NCBI RefSeq assembly: GCF_000372725.1
Contig: NW_005201102.1
Location: 248,001 to 312,000 of the forward strand
Length of the DNA: 64,000 bases
Direction: 5' to 3'
Origin: Emiliania huxleyi CCMP1516
Lineage: Eukaryota
The notes below the pieces were generated by a model. It worked only from the letters and a program-made list of their open reading frames with translations, was not told where the DNA came from and did no database searches. A program made the position numbers and the translations under genes. Every line of letters starts with the position of its first letter. Positions within the stretch are counted from its first letter, which is position 1. Below are positions 33,390 through 45,576 of this stretch, piece after piece.

Positions 33390-36300
33390 TCACTTTGCCG
33401 ACGCGTTTGACTTGTCGATGGCGACCTCGCTCGCCGCGTCGAGCATGACCGTCTTGTGGAGGGCGAGCCGGCTCTTCTCCGAATTGCGCCCGTTCCACCA
33501 CTCGATGAACTCGGCCTAGAGTCGCAGACACCGCCGCGTGAGAGGACGACGCCCCGCCCCAGTGCCGGGCCGCTCTCGATTGGCCCCCGTCCTCGGAGAG
33601 CTTGCCGTTCTCCGAGCGGTCCGCCTAGAAAAAAGGACGACAACAAGCGTGCGCACGAAAGAAGAAACGCGAGCGCGCCTCTGCCGTTCTCCGAGCGGTC
33701 CGCCTCTTTGAACTTTATCCGCCGGTGCTCGTCGCTGCGGAAGGGGAAGCCCAGCTTGGCGGCCGCCTCTCCGAGCTGCTTCTCGTCGAGGTACCCGGCG
33801 TTCGCCTAGGAAAAGAAACACGTTCCCAGGGAAAAGAAGCGTGTGCGGCTCGTCGAGGCCCCACGGCGTTCGCCTTGTCGACCGACAGGAAGATGTCGTG
33901 CAGGTCGGTGAAGGTGGCCGCCTAGAAAACAGAAGACAAACTGGTCTCGCAAAAAAAGAAATGTGCCGCGGGTCGGTGGAGGTGGCCGCCTTGAGTGTGG
34001 CGCCGCGCTTGTCGGCGACGGGCCCGCCGAACTCGCCGATGTACTCTTGCGCAACCTTGATCTGCCTCGCCTTCTCCGCGCTGGACCAGCCGAGCTCCTC
34101 CGCCATCAGCGCCGCCACCCGCGGGATGGCTTGCTTCGCCGCCTAGGGTAAGGGAAGGTAAACTTCTCCACACACACGAGGTGGTGGGGCAAGGGGGGGC
34201 AACCCTCGCGTCTCCACGTCTGACGACAGGAGCCCCACGGCATTCAGAGCGCAAGGCCCAGTGCGCGTGGGTGAGCGGTGTGTGTGTGCGTGCCTCGGAG
34301 TTGAGGAAGGCCAGCCGCATCCGGGTCGTCAGCATGTCCTTCACGCTGACCGCGAGCTCGTGCCTACAGGACACTTCCTGGACACCTCCTGGACCTCTTC
34401 TGGACCCCTCCTGGGCCTCTCCTGGACATGTGCCTGCGGGGCGTGTCGCGGACGTGTCGCGGACATGTCTTGGAGGCGTCTTGGAGGCTCACGGGCATGT
34501 CGAGGAGGGCTCGCGGACATGGACGTGTCTTGGACGTGTCTTGGAGTTCACGGACACGTCTCTCGGACATCTCTCGGACATCTCTCGGACATCTCTCGGA
34601 CATCTCTCTCGGACATCTCTCGGACATCTCTCGGCTATGTCTCTCGCCGGCACGCGTAGAGGACCTCGGCCTCGATGTACGGGTAGCTGGGCGAGATGCG
34701 GCGGCCTAGAAGAAAAAAAGAGACGGCGTCGGAGAAAAGAAAGACGACGCGCGGGCAGCTGGGCGAGTCTCGGCGGCCCATGTGGCCGCCGCCGTCGGTC
34801 GGCACGCCCGCGCGCGAGACGGTGCGCTGCAGCCGCGCGCCCGACAAGGATGGCTGCGCTAGCTCGCAGACGTGGAAAGCTGCGGTGCCTACCCTTGAGC
34901 AGTCCGCCGTATCTCCCCGCATCTCCCCGCATCTCCCCGCATCTCCCCGCATCTCCCCGCATCTCCCCGCAACTCCCCGCATCTCCCCGCATCTCCCCGC
35001 ATCTCGTGGCGTCTCGTGGGAGGCTGCGGCGCGCCGTAGGCATGGCAGAGGTGCTTGGCAACCTCTGTGGAGACGTTGTACGCCTGCACGAGCTGCACGT
35101 GCAGCAGCGAGTGGAAGCCATCGCCGCCGAGCAGCTTGATCTCCTGCGGGGAGATCACCCGAGATCACCCGAGGTTGCCCGAGATTGCCCTCGCCGCCGA
35201 GCAGGGATGTCCTTGGAGACGCAGGGCTTCGCGTGGGCGAGCGGAGCGCCCTTGAAGGCGACCACCTGTCGAGTGGTCCGAGGGGAGGTCGAGGGGAGGT
35301 CGAGGGGAGGTCGAGGGGAGGTCGAGGGGAGGTCGAGGGGAGGTCGAGGGGAGGTCGAGGGGAGGCCGAGGGGAGGTCGAGGGGAGGTCGAGGGGAGGTC
35401 GAGGGGAGGTCGAGGGGAGGTCGAGGGGAGGTCGAGGGGAGGTCGAGGGGAAGCCGAAGGGAGCCGAGGGGAAGCCGAGAGGGAGCCGAGGGGAGCCGAG
35501 GGGAACCGAGGGGAAACGGGGAATCTCGGGGAATCTCGGGGAATCTCGGGGAATCTCGGCAACCTTGTCGATGAGCTCCTCCGCCATCGCGCGGTAGGTG
35601 GACCACTTTCCGCCGCAGATGAAGGACACGCCTGCAGAAAAAGAAAACAGAGAGGGATCGAAGCCCACAAGAGAGGCGCGTGTGGCCCGCCGCAGAAAAG
35701 GGGAGGCGCCTGCGGGAAAAAGAAGAGCGGGCTCGGAGTGAGGCATACCAGAGCGGCCCGCCGCAGAGGGAGGAGACGCCCGTGTGCTCGTCGTGCCCGA
35801 TGGCGTGGTGGCGGCTTACCGGCGCGTCTATCGGAGGAAAGAGAAACAGCATAGGAAAGGACAGACAGCGCGGGCGTGGTGGCGGGAGACCGGCGCGCCC
35901 GGAGGCGCGTTCGGGTCTCGGTAGAGGGGCCTCCACCCTTGCCACGCAGAGATGACGTCGGAGCGGCGGAGGCGGATGTCGGAAGAGAGGCACGACGCCG
36001 CCTATGCCCAGACCTCCCCCTATCCCCCCATACCTCCCCACATCCCCCCATCTCTCCCCATCTCTCCCCTTCACGCCTGTGAGCAGACCCCCGCTCTTGT
36101 GGCTTCACGAAGTCTCTCCCCACATCTCCCCACATCTCCCCACATCTCCCGCTATCTCCGCCTCGTTGACGAGGTACTGGATCTCGTCCTCCGTGACGTG
36201 CGGCGAGGAGGTCGCGTCGCACTTCTTGTCGGTCGAGCCAACCACCGTGTTGCCCAGCCACGGCAGAAAGTACATCGTCGCGCCGCGCGAGTTGCGCAGC

Positions 36301-38837
36301 TCGCCTGAAGGCAGACACTTGTGTCGGCTGTCTCCCGGCTGCCTCTCGGCTGCCTCTCGGCTGCCTCTCGGCTGCCTCTCGGCTGCCTCTCGGCTGCCTC
36401 TCGGCTGCCTCTCGGCTGCCTCTCGGCTGCCTCTCGGCTGCCTCTCGGCTGCCTCTCGGCTGCCTCTCGGCTGTCTCTCGGCTGTAGCTCGCAGAAGCCC
36501 ATGCCGCCCGGAGTGAAGTAGCCGGGCAGGACGATGTGGCAGCCGGCGGCGGCGGCGACCGCCTTGGGGGGGAGATGTGGGGAGATGTGGGGAGGGATGG
36601 GGAGGGATGGGGAGGGATGGGGAGGGATGGGGAGGGATGGGGAGGGATGGGGAGCGATGGCTCGGGGGCCTCTGGCGGCCGCCTGACGAGCCACGCAGCG
36701 CGCGCCGGTGGCCGACCCGGCTCTCGGACCCACCGTGCGCGAACCCTATAGATGAATCCCGCACCCTTCAGAGANNNNNNNNNNNNNNNNNNNNNNNNNN
36801 NNNNNNNNNNNNNNNNNNNNNNNNNNNNNNNNNNNNNNNNNNNNNNNNNNNNNNNNNNNNNNNNNNNNNNNNNNAGAAAGAAAAACAGGAGAAAAAAGAA
36901 GATAAAATAGAAGAAAAAAAGAAATGGAAGGGAGAAAAAAAAGTAAAGAAAGTGAAAAGGAAAAAGAAGAAAAAGAGAAAAAAAAAGAAAAAGAGAAAAA
37001 TAAAAGAAAAGAAAGAGGAAAAAGTAAAAAATAAGAAAAAAAGAAATACAAAAAGCAGAAGGGAAAAAAGAAAAAAAAAAAAAAAGGAAAAAGAGAAAAA
37101 AGAAAAAAGAAAAAAAAAAGAAGAAAACAAAAAAAGGAAAAAAGAAAAAGAAAAGAAAAAGAAGAAAAGAAAAGGGGGGGGGGGGGGGGAGGGCATGGGG
37201 GCGGGGAGGGGCAGGCGCCTTGTCGGCCCCCGGGTCCTCCATGCGCCGCACCGAGTCGAGGAAGGGGCCGGTGGCGAGGACGATCGCCTTTGCCTTCACC
37301 ACGAACTGCTCGCCTAACCTCGGGCGAGCCTCGGCTGAGCCTCGGCTGAAGCTTGGCTGAACCTCGGCTGCACTTCGATCGCCTCTCGGCTGAACCTCGG
37401 CTGCACCTCGGCCGCCTCTCGGCTGCACCTCGGCCGCCTCTCGGCTGTCTCTCGCTGCCTCTCGGCCGCCTCTCGGCTCTCTCTCGGCCGCCTCTCGGCT
37501 GTCTCTCGGCGGTCTCTCGGCGGTCTCTCGGCGGTCTCTCGGCGGTCTCTCGGCGGTCTCTCGGCGGTCTCTCGGCTCTCTCTCACCCGTCAGCTTGTCA
37601 ACACACGTCACGCCGGTCGCCGTCGCGCCGTCCGGACCGCCGTGCACGAACCCTAAAAAAGAAAAACACACGCCTCAAAGAAAGCAAACCGAGGGGCGCC
37701 GCGTGCCGCCGTGCACGACTCCTAAAAAGGGAAAACAACACGCCCCCCGTGAAAAAGAAAGAAAGGCGCCGGCGGCGCCGCCGTGCCGCCGGTGCGCGGC
37801 GCCCGTCATCTCGACATAGTTTGCAATTGTCGCGCCCTTCATCGCCGCGGTGAGCGCGATGGCGGTGCCTGTTCACAGCCGAAGGTGTGAAGAGACGCTG
37901 TCCACAGCTTCATCGCCGCGGTGAGCGCGATGGCGGTGCCTGTTCACAGCCGAAGGTGTGAAGAGACGCTGTTCACAGCTTCATCGCCGCGGTGAGCGCG
38001 ATGGCGGTGCCGGTGCGGGCGTCGTTGTGCATCGCCTCGCAGTAGACCGCCGAGTAGAGCGGCGCCTAGTCTCGGCCAATCTCGGCCGATCTCGGGTGAT
38101 CTCGGCCGATCTCGGGTGATCTCGGGTGATCTCGGGTGATCTCGGGTGATCTCGGGTGATCTCGGCCGATCTCGGCCGATCTCGGCCCATCTCGGCCCAT
38201 CTCGGGTCATCTCGGGTCATCTCGGGTCATCTCGGGTCATCTCGGGTCATCTCGGGTCATCTCGGGTCATCTCGGGTCATCTCGTGTCATCTCGGGCGAT
38301 CTCGGGCAATCTCGGGTCATCTCGGGTCATCTCGGGTCATCTCGGGCCATCTCGGGTCATCTCGGGTCATCTCGGGTCATCTCGGGTCATCTCGGGTCAT
38401 CTCGGGTCATCTCGGGTCATCTCGGGTCATCTCGTGTCATCTCGGGCGATCTCGGGCCATCTCGGGTGATCTCGGCCGATCTCGGCCGATCGGGGCCTCG
38501 AGCTGCGGGAAGTTCTTCTTTGTCTCGCGCGCAGACATGACGTAGGCGGGCGGCGCCTGTTCACAGCAGGCGGTGTGAAGAGAAGCTGTTCACAGCCCGA
38601 CGGCGCAGACATGACGCAGGCGGGCGGCGCGTTGAAGCCTACGGACATGTCTCGGACATGTCTCGGACATGTCTCGGACATGACGCGGGCGGGGCGGCGC
38701 GGTGATGCCGGCGAGCAGGTCGTAGAAGACAAAGGCGGGGTAGGCGAGGATTGGAAGGATGGAGTAGAAGGGGTGGTTGAAGTACGGCGGCCACTGGACC
38801 AGTGTCTTGAAGGGCACCGCCTAGTGTGAGGGTCAGG

Positions 38838-38869
<32 letters not shown>

Positions 38870-39988
38870 CAGGGTTAGGGTTAGGGTTAGGGTTAGGGTT
38901 GGGGCCTGCGGTACTCGACGAGGTCGACATAATACTCATAACAGTCCTAGGAGTCATAGTCGTGGGAATCCCATCCCTCCTCGAAGAGGCGGACGTGAGA
39001 TCCTCGCCATCAGGGTGACACTAGTCATGATCTGAATCATAGGAAGAGGAGTCATGAGAAGAAGAAGACTGCACGCGGCAGACTCGAGGAGGTGGAAGTA
39101 CTAGTCATACTCCTCATCGTAGTACTCGCAACAGTACTGCCTGCGGCACGTACTCGACGAGATGCGGCTGCTGCCCCGCGAGCCACGACCGCTCCTGGCA
39201 GCACTCGTACACCATCAGGAACTCGGAGATGAACTTCTGCAGCGACGAGACGGGCGCCTAGGAAGGTTCAGAGAAGGTTCAGGGAAGGCTCCCGGAACTC
39301 GGAGAGGAGCTTCTGCAGCGACGAGACGGGCGCCGTGAGCGTCTTGCGGTCCAGCAGCTCGGCGAACGCCACCTGCCAGTGCTCTCCCGCTGTGAGGTTG
39401 TGCGAGCTCGGTGTCCTGGCATTGCCAACACACCGGCCTAAGACCTGGAGGTACTTGAAGCCGCCCCAGATCAGCTTTGAGCTGCGGCTCGACGTCTCGT
39501 TCGCAAAGTCGCCCCGCTCGACGCACGCCTAGGAAGCTTCAGAGAAGGTTCAGGGAAGGTTCAGTCGCCCCGCTCGACGCACGGCTGGCAGGGAGTGCGG
39601 CTGTGGATATGGGCAGTGGCGGCTGTGGCGGGTAGCGTGGCAGCAGTGTCGAGCGCGAATCCAGCCCCTCACGGCGGCATCCCCTCACCGTCTTGAGGCC
39701 GCGCGTCGCCGCATCGAGCGCAGCGCCGGCGCCGGTGCAGCCCGCGCCGACGATCAGGACGTCAAACTCCTCGCCCGACTTGAGCGCCGCCACCATCTCA
39801 CTCCGTTTCCGGAGGCTCTGCGGATCCTGGCCTCTGTCGACGAGCGACTGAAAACGTTGGATCTTCCGCTTGAGCGGCGTGCCGGCGAAATCATTCTCCT
39901 CCGGCTTCCTGAGGAGGACGGAGCCGACGACGCCGCCGACCACGAGGCCGGCTGCTCCCCGCAGCGGCGTTAGCCGCGGCAGCACCAT
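33390..39988 (-). CDS. GPD2: Mitochondrial-type FAD-dependent glycerol-3-phosphate dehydrogenase with EF-hand-like C-terminus, many introns
   Basis: FDVLIVGAGCTGAGAALDAATRGL; ERGDFA.ETSSRSSKLIWGG.KYL; LATGPF.D..R; FLPW...T.VG.TD; SRHH; GGKWSTYRAMAEE; RMRLAFLN. Stop at 33390. Spans one gap. Confidence 0.9.
34143..34293 (-). mobile_element. Introner-like dispersed element forming a complete GC-AG intron
   Basis: (CA)n-CCGCTCACCCACGCGCACTGGGCC...GTGGAGAAGTT(ACCTT)n-TAG. Homologues at 49319..49425, 56261..56575 and 60529..60708. Confidence 0.7.
34560..38490. repeat. Multiple intronic 10-11 bp minisatellites
   Basis: (CTCGGACATCT)n ~34560; (ATCTCCCCGC)n ~34911; (GAGGGGAGGTC)n ~35281; (GGCTGCCTCTC)n ~36337; (GGAGGGATGG)n ~36590; (CTCGGGTCAT)n 38070..38490. 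Confidence 0.95.
38824..38903 (+). repeat. Interstitial telomere-like (TTAGGG/TGAGGG)n in a GPD2 intron
   Basis: TGAGGG units grade into four TTAGGG units. Confidence 0.85.
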
Positions 39989-40719
39989 GCAGGGGCTGTG
40001 GCACCGTGATCAGCACGTTGTCGGCGGTGACACAGAACCTTGGAGAATCGTGCAAAAAATTTGTTGCGCAAAACACAGACAAAGTGGGGTGGGGGGGGTG
40101 GTGGCGGCGTGCCGTCCTCCCATCCCTCCCTTGGGGTGTGCGCTTTCTTTCTTTCTTTTGGGGGCAAGGGGAGGCGACCCTCGCATTTGGGGCCCTCGGG
40201 CCCGCGTCGTCTTCTGTCTCGCGTCCACCCATACCGCGTTGGTGTCCAGTCCGAGCCTGACTGTCCTTCGCCTTTCTATCTCATCTAAGCCCGCTGGGTG
40301 CGCTATTTAGCTCCGGCACATTGTGTGGGAGCACTCGGAGTGCAGTCACATCAGCCTCACTCACACCCAGGGCCCCACACAGCTCACAGGCACCGTGGGG
40401 AACTCCAAGTGCTTCTTGCGTCCTGTGCCAGCGAGTGAATTTTGTGAAAGAAACAAACCGCGGGCTGACACGCACTCTCTTGTCGTCTTCTCTTCCTCTC
40501 TCGCGGCGCACACATGGACATGCTCATGTTGAGACGCACCGGTGCCGGTCGTCTCTAGAGTACGGAAGAGCAGAAGTGCGGGCCGTCGCCTCCACATCTC
40601 TACCCTCCACGGGTGCGCAGCGGCGACCGGTCGCCCCGCGACTGGCCGTGGCGTTGCAGCAGCATCGGCCGCACCTCGCCTGGCGGGCGCGTCGCGCAGA
40701 CTCCCCCTGTGTGTCTGCC

Positions 40720-41377
40720 TCAGCCGAGCACCTTGCCCGCGAGATAGCCCACGCCGGCGCCCACGAGCGCGCCCTTCCGCGCAGGCGAGAGAAGGCCGCA
40801 CGCTGCGGGTTGGGCGCCCTCGCCGGCGGCGTTCATCGTGCAGACGGCGTTCCGGTCCGTGTAGATGGCGGCAAAGGCGGAGCAGAGCGCCTTGGAGCCG
40901 ACGGCACCGAGCGGCTTCTGGTTGACCGAGACGGACAGCTTCGAGCCGCCCGTCGCAAACTCGAGCTCCGTCCCCTTGGGAGCGCCGTTCGGCAGGCCGC
41001 TCAGCAAGCACGTCTCAAACTCCTCAATCTGCTTCGCGTCCTTGCAGCGCGGCTTGAGCGCATCGGCGAGAGCGGACGCCATCTTCTGTGCGCCGACGCC
41101 GTACGACATCCGCAGGAGAAACGTGCCAGAGTCGTATTCACCGACCGCGTACACCTTGATCGGGCCCTTGGTCCGCACGCCGAGCCTCGAGAGAGAGCCA
41201 CCCTTGTGCTTGTCAGGGAAGCTGATGCCGGTGCGCGGCTCGACCGAGGCGTGGACCGCGGCGAAGCAGGCGAGCAGAGCCTACGGGATGGAGCGAGGGG
41301 CGTTATGGCGACAGTGTCTGCCGGCGCGGGTGTGTGTCGCCACCCGGAGAGCGCCAGACCGTCGCGAGCTTGGACAT
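40720..41377 (-). CDS. Chalcone-isomerase-fold (fatty-acid-binding-like) protein
   Basis: MSKLAT|ALLACFAAVHA (intron 41281..41359); EPRTGISFP; GVRTKGPIKVYAVG.Y; PKGT.L.F; SKALCSAFAAIY. Confidence 0.8.
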
Positions 41378-42526
41378 TTTCGTTATTCTCAAAAGAAAAA
41401 AACATGAACGGCGCTCTCCAAAAGAAATCAACGGGGTGGGGGGGGGGGGGGAGCAAAAGGGAACGCCGTCATGTGCGCCTGTACCGTGCACGCTGCCGTA
41501 GCGGCACAACTGTCCCGACTGAGGGCTGCTCAGGCGGGAAGCCCAATGGATGAGGAGTCCCTTCTGCACTAGTTGGGTCAGGCGGGAGATGAGCGCCGTG
41601 CTGCCCACCGTCGGCAGTGCCAGCTATCATGCCCGCACTGTCCGCCGACCGCCGCCACGAGAGCGATTGCTCTAGCTCCGCAGCGATCGTGTGCCGGTCC
41701 GGCTGGACCGAGAGGTGGGTAGCAGGAGTTAAAGGTACATTAGAACAGGAGTTCGGTAAGAGGAAAAGGGCTCCCTAACTCAAGCTACCTTACCTTGAGT
41801 TCGGTACCCTACGGTATCAATGAAGCCGTCGTCATTCTGGTCCTCTCCAAACTTGCCGCGGGTGAGGTAGCACAGCGACGTCTCCGCCGCGGCCAGCTCA
41901 TTGCGCCGCTTCTTCCCGCCACGAGCCGCTCAGGGTCGGCGAAGCGCATGCCAATCACCTCCTTGATCTCGAAGCAGTATGTCGGCACGACCGCGTCGTC
42001 TCCTCCGCCGTCGGCGAGGCGCAAAGCGCTCCGCCGTGGCCGCCTTCTGGCATTTGCAGCGGGGGTACACATGGTGCGGCGCGCGTACTTGAGCACACCG
42101 TGGTTGGTGCAGTTGGCGCACGTGCCTGTGGGATAGGGCGCCATGGCGACGCACGCGCTCCGGGTATTTTTCGGGTATACCTGAAAACTCTCGGGTATAC
42201 CCGGGTTGGCGGGTTTTACCCGGCGCGCCGGCCACCTGGGTCGGTCCGAGGGTGTCCCAGGAATGATCAGAATGGCAAGGGCCAGAGGCCGATTTTCGCG
42301 GTCAGAAAAACTCCTCTTTCCGGGGGAGACACCGGGAAGTAACCACCACATTTGTGGGGGGTCGTGAACTCGTCGTTTTATGTGAACGGCGTCCCAGTAC
42401 TGACTTCTGACCGTCGTCTGTCGTTGTTTGTGGTGTGTGTTGCTGGCCGCCGATCAGCTCGCTCCTCTCGCCGAGGACAGCACTAGCTCGAGCGCCCCCT
42501 CCACGGCGGAGCAGGTTCTTGCACCA

Positions 42527-43498
42527 ATGACGGTCAACACTCCAAAGACGATCGCGCTCCTGTCTTCCCTCGCCGCCGTTCGCTCCACACCCTGCGAGCT
42601 GCCTGGCAACGCCGAGTTCGTGTCGACCAAAACGGGCCTTCGCATGGCAGTACGCAGGGGGGGCGACATTGTCTCCGACACTATTAGGAAGACTGGCGTT
42701 TGGGAGGTGCACCCGTGGAAGGCGCTTGAGCCGTTCATGTCGCCGCAGACTGTGTTCGTGGACATCGGCGCGAACATCGGCTGGCACACACTCAACCTCG
42801 CGCGCCGAGGCCACGACGTGGTCGCCTTCGAGCCGTTCGCCTCCAACATTGCCATGCTCAACGCGTCGCTGTGCGCCAACCCGTCGCTGGTGAACCGCAC
42901 GCTTGTGAAGGCGCACGGGCTTTCGAACAGCGCTGCGCGCTGCGACCTCTTTCAAATACCGTCGATTAACTTTGGCGATACCGTCAGCGTATGCGACGGC
43001 GGCAGCTACGTGCAGCAGAAAGAGGCCGTGCAGAAGCAGCTGAGCAACTCATGCCGTCGCCACTGCCACCGTCGTGCTGACGGTTGCGCAGGCTGTGCGT
43101 CTGTGCAGAAGCTCGGCGAGTTCCGGGCGTACCAGCTGGACGACGTTGTCGACGAGTCTCTCCTGAGGGCGGAGAAGGCGGTGAAAATGGACGTCGAGGG
43201 ACACGAGTACAAGGTACTCCTCGGAGCGGAGCGCTTCTTCACGCAAGGCAACCCGCCGCGCGCGGTGTACGCGGAAGTGTTCCAGCTCGGCGCCCACCGC
43301 TCGTCCTTTTTCGCGAAGCTCAAGGAGTGGGGCTACGACACAATGGCGCGAGCGAAAGACAGGGAGGCGCTATTTGTGCGTGCTGTGGGGGCCGTCAGCA
43401 GCCAGAAGGCACTGACAGCCAATCGCGCTCATGGCGTGGCGCACGCGCGTCGCAAGGTCAGGTGGGCGTGCCAATTCAGTGCTCTCTTCGCATGCTGA
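42527..43498 (+). CDS. FkbM-family SAM-dependent methyltransferase with N-terminal signal or anchor
   Basis: FVDIGANIGWHT, VAFEP..SN, VKMDVEGHEYKVLLGA. Confidence 0.88.
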   Translation: MTVNTPKTIALLSSLAAVRSTPCELPGNAEFVSTKTGLRMAVRRGGDIVSDTIRKTGVWEVHPWKALEPFMSPQTVFVDIGANIGWHTLNLARRGHDVVAFEPFASNIAMLNASLCANPSLVNRTLVKAHGLSNSAARCDLFQIPSINFGDTVSVCDGGSYVQQKEAVQKQLSNSCRRHCHRRADGCAGCASVQKLGEFRAYQLDDVVDESLLRAEKAVKMDVEGHEYKVLLGAERFFTQGNPPRAVYAEVFQLGAHRSSFFAKLKEWGYDTMARAKDREALFVRAVGAVSSQKALTANRAHGVAHARRKVRWACQFSALFAC

Positions 43499-44445
43499 GT
43501 GTGTTGATGTCGTCTGGGCTTTGCGCACAGCATTGAGCTATATCAGCCCGAGGACGTCAGCTCGCGCGCTTCACCCTGCTCTCGCCGCTCCTCTGGCGCG
43601 ACCATCCTTTTCGTAGAGAGCGTGTCGGGGCGCCCGCGCCCTCGCACGCACAGTCGGGAGGCCGAGGCGAAGTCGTGTCGGGTATCGCGGCAGTTTTTTA
43701 TTCTGAGCGTCGTGTGTGTGGGTCGGCCTCGTCTTTCTCTTGTTGTGGATTGTGCATGTAAAGGGTGTGGATGCTGGGTTGACGGAAATCGGGGGACGCG
43801 ACCCACTTCGCCACAGACGGTCCCGCGCCTCGCCGCTAAGTTTGCGGCACGCCCCGCACCGTCCGCTGTGCCGCGTTTTTTGTCCGGAGTGAAAAGTCCA
43901 ACGCCAACGCGCTCGTCGGTGGCGGCTTCCCCCAACCTCCGCCGCGCTCGGCGAACCTCGACAGCGCCTTCGGTGGCATGCAGCTCTTTGCGCCTGAAGC
44001 TTGGAGAGCAGCTCCTCTGCTGCTCACACACTCTGCACAGTTGACACAGCCTACTGTGCGGCTGCCACAGCTGTGAGAGCGATGGGCTCGCCCTCACTGG
44101 CCCTCAGTCACTTGTGTGCTGCAGCTTGTGTGAGCGACACTGCTCGGCGACTGCCGGCACACTGTGAGACCATGGGTGTGAGGTAAAACCACGCTACCAG
44201 CGCTTGGTCACATCGGCCCCGAGGTCAGATCCATCTACTCTGTTGATGACAAGACTTGTCTACCGGCTGGAGCCGAGCAGGAGGGCCCGGCGCACAACCC
44301 CCTGGTCAACTCACCCTCCACACCCCGTACACGAACGACGTTTGCTGGCGCCGGCACAATGTGCTCTGGGGTACTTCCACCCTCCGGCGGCAAAGCGGCT
44401 GGCGAGGGCATAGGGTCCTCGGCCCAAGCGGCGGGGCAGGGGCGG

Positions 44446-45219
44446 CTCAGGATCACAGACACCCCTCTCAGGATCACAGCACCGGCGGGGGCGCGCCTCA
44501 GGATCAAGCACCCACGGCAGGGTCTGTGAGGATCAGCAGACCTGGAGGGGGCACGCTGAGGATCATACTTCATAGGCCTGAGAGGGATGCTTTCAAGAGC
44601 ACAGGGCTGCAAAGGGTGGCACTCGAGATCAGAGCGCCAAAATAGGCGCGCGGGAGATCAGCGGCCGGAAGTGGGCGCAATACAGATCACGAGCGCCGGA
44701 ACGGGTGCAATATAGATCATGAGGTTTTGTGGTCTGTGCGCGGACGGCCCGGGGAGCCTGCGGCGCTATTTTAACCTGCCCCGACAGAGTCTCTCGATAC
44801 GGCGCGTGGCGGCGCCGCACCCAGCAAGCTGGGGCCGCTCCTTACGGACTCGTCGCTGCGCTCCTCAAGGCAAACACGGAGCGCGCTGCGCGCGCGGTCT
44901 ACGCCGAATACTGCGGCCGCCGTCACGACTGCCATCCTCGGCGGCGCCGAGCGCGCGAGCGGCGCCGATGGCGAACCCGGCGCCACCTCCCGAGCGCTGA
45001 TCTCCAGAGCGCTGATCTCCCGCGCGCCTATTTTGGCGCTCTGATCTCGAGTGCCACCCTTTGCAGCCCTGTGATCTTGACAGCATCCCTCTCGGGCCTA
45101 TGATCCTCAGCGCCTCTTCAAACCGGCTCTGAACCTATGCGTGCCCCCTCCAGGTCTGCTGATCCCCACAGACCCTGCCGTGGGTGCTTGATCCTGAGAG
45201 GGGTGTTTGTGATCCTGAG
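44446..45219. mobile_element. Foldback/MITE with ~210-bp terminal inverted repeats
   Basis: 44446..44663 is the reverse complement, with indels, of 45010..45219. Arms are rich in GATC-containing subrepeats. No clear TSD. Confidence 0.85.
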
Positions 45220-45576
45220 AGAGGCTTATCTGCCAAGGCGCAAGGGGCAGGAAGCGTGGAAGCGGCTGCTATGGGCATTACTCTCGAGTCAGCGCCCTCG
45301 TATCGAGTACAGCTGTGTGTTGTTGTTCTGTGTGTATGCACGCGCCGCGCACACGCACGAAAACGGAGAAAGCGGTCCCCATTTCTTTGAGAGTTTGTTT
45401 TGTGTGCCTTCGTTGTTAATAATTGTTGTTCAAACGGATGGTCACTTGCTAGGTCACTTGTTTGTCGCAGTCACACGCACGCACACAGTGTTTCACACAC
45501 CCACCGCACGCCGCGCCCGCACGCCCACCGCCCCGCCTAGGCCGGACATGGGAAACTTTTTTCTTTTTCAGAGATG

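Noticed and set aside
36875..37190. Lys-rich or Phe-rich ORFs
   Set aside because: A/G low-complexity sequence beside an N-gap, probably a poor-quality read within an intron.
45482..45540. Helitron 3' end (shared segment ending in CTAG, also at 48244 and 52315)
   Set aside because: No subterminal hairpin and inconsistent downstream base.
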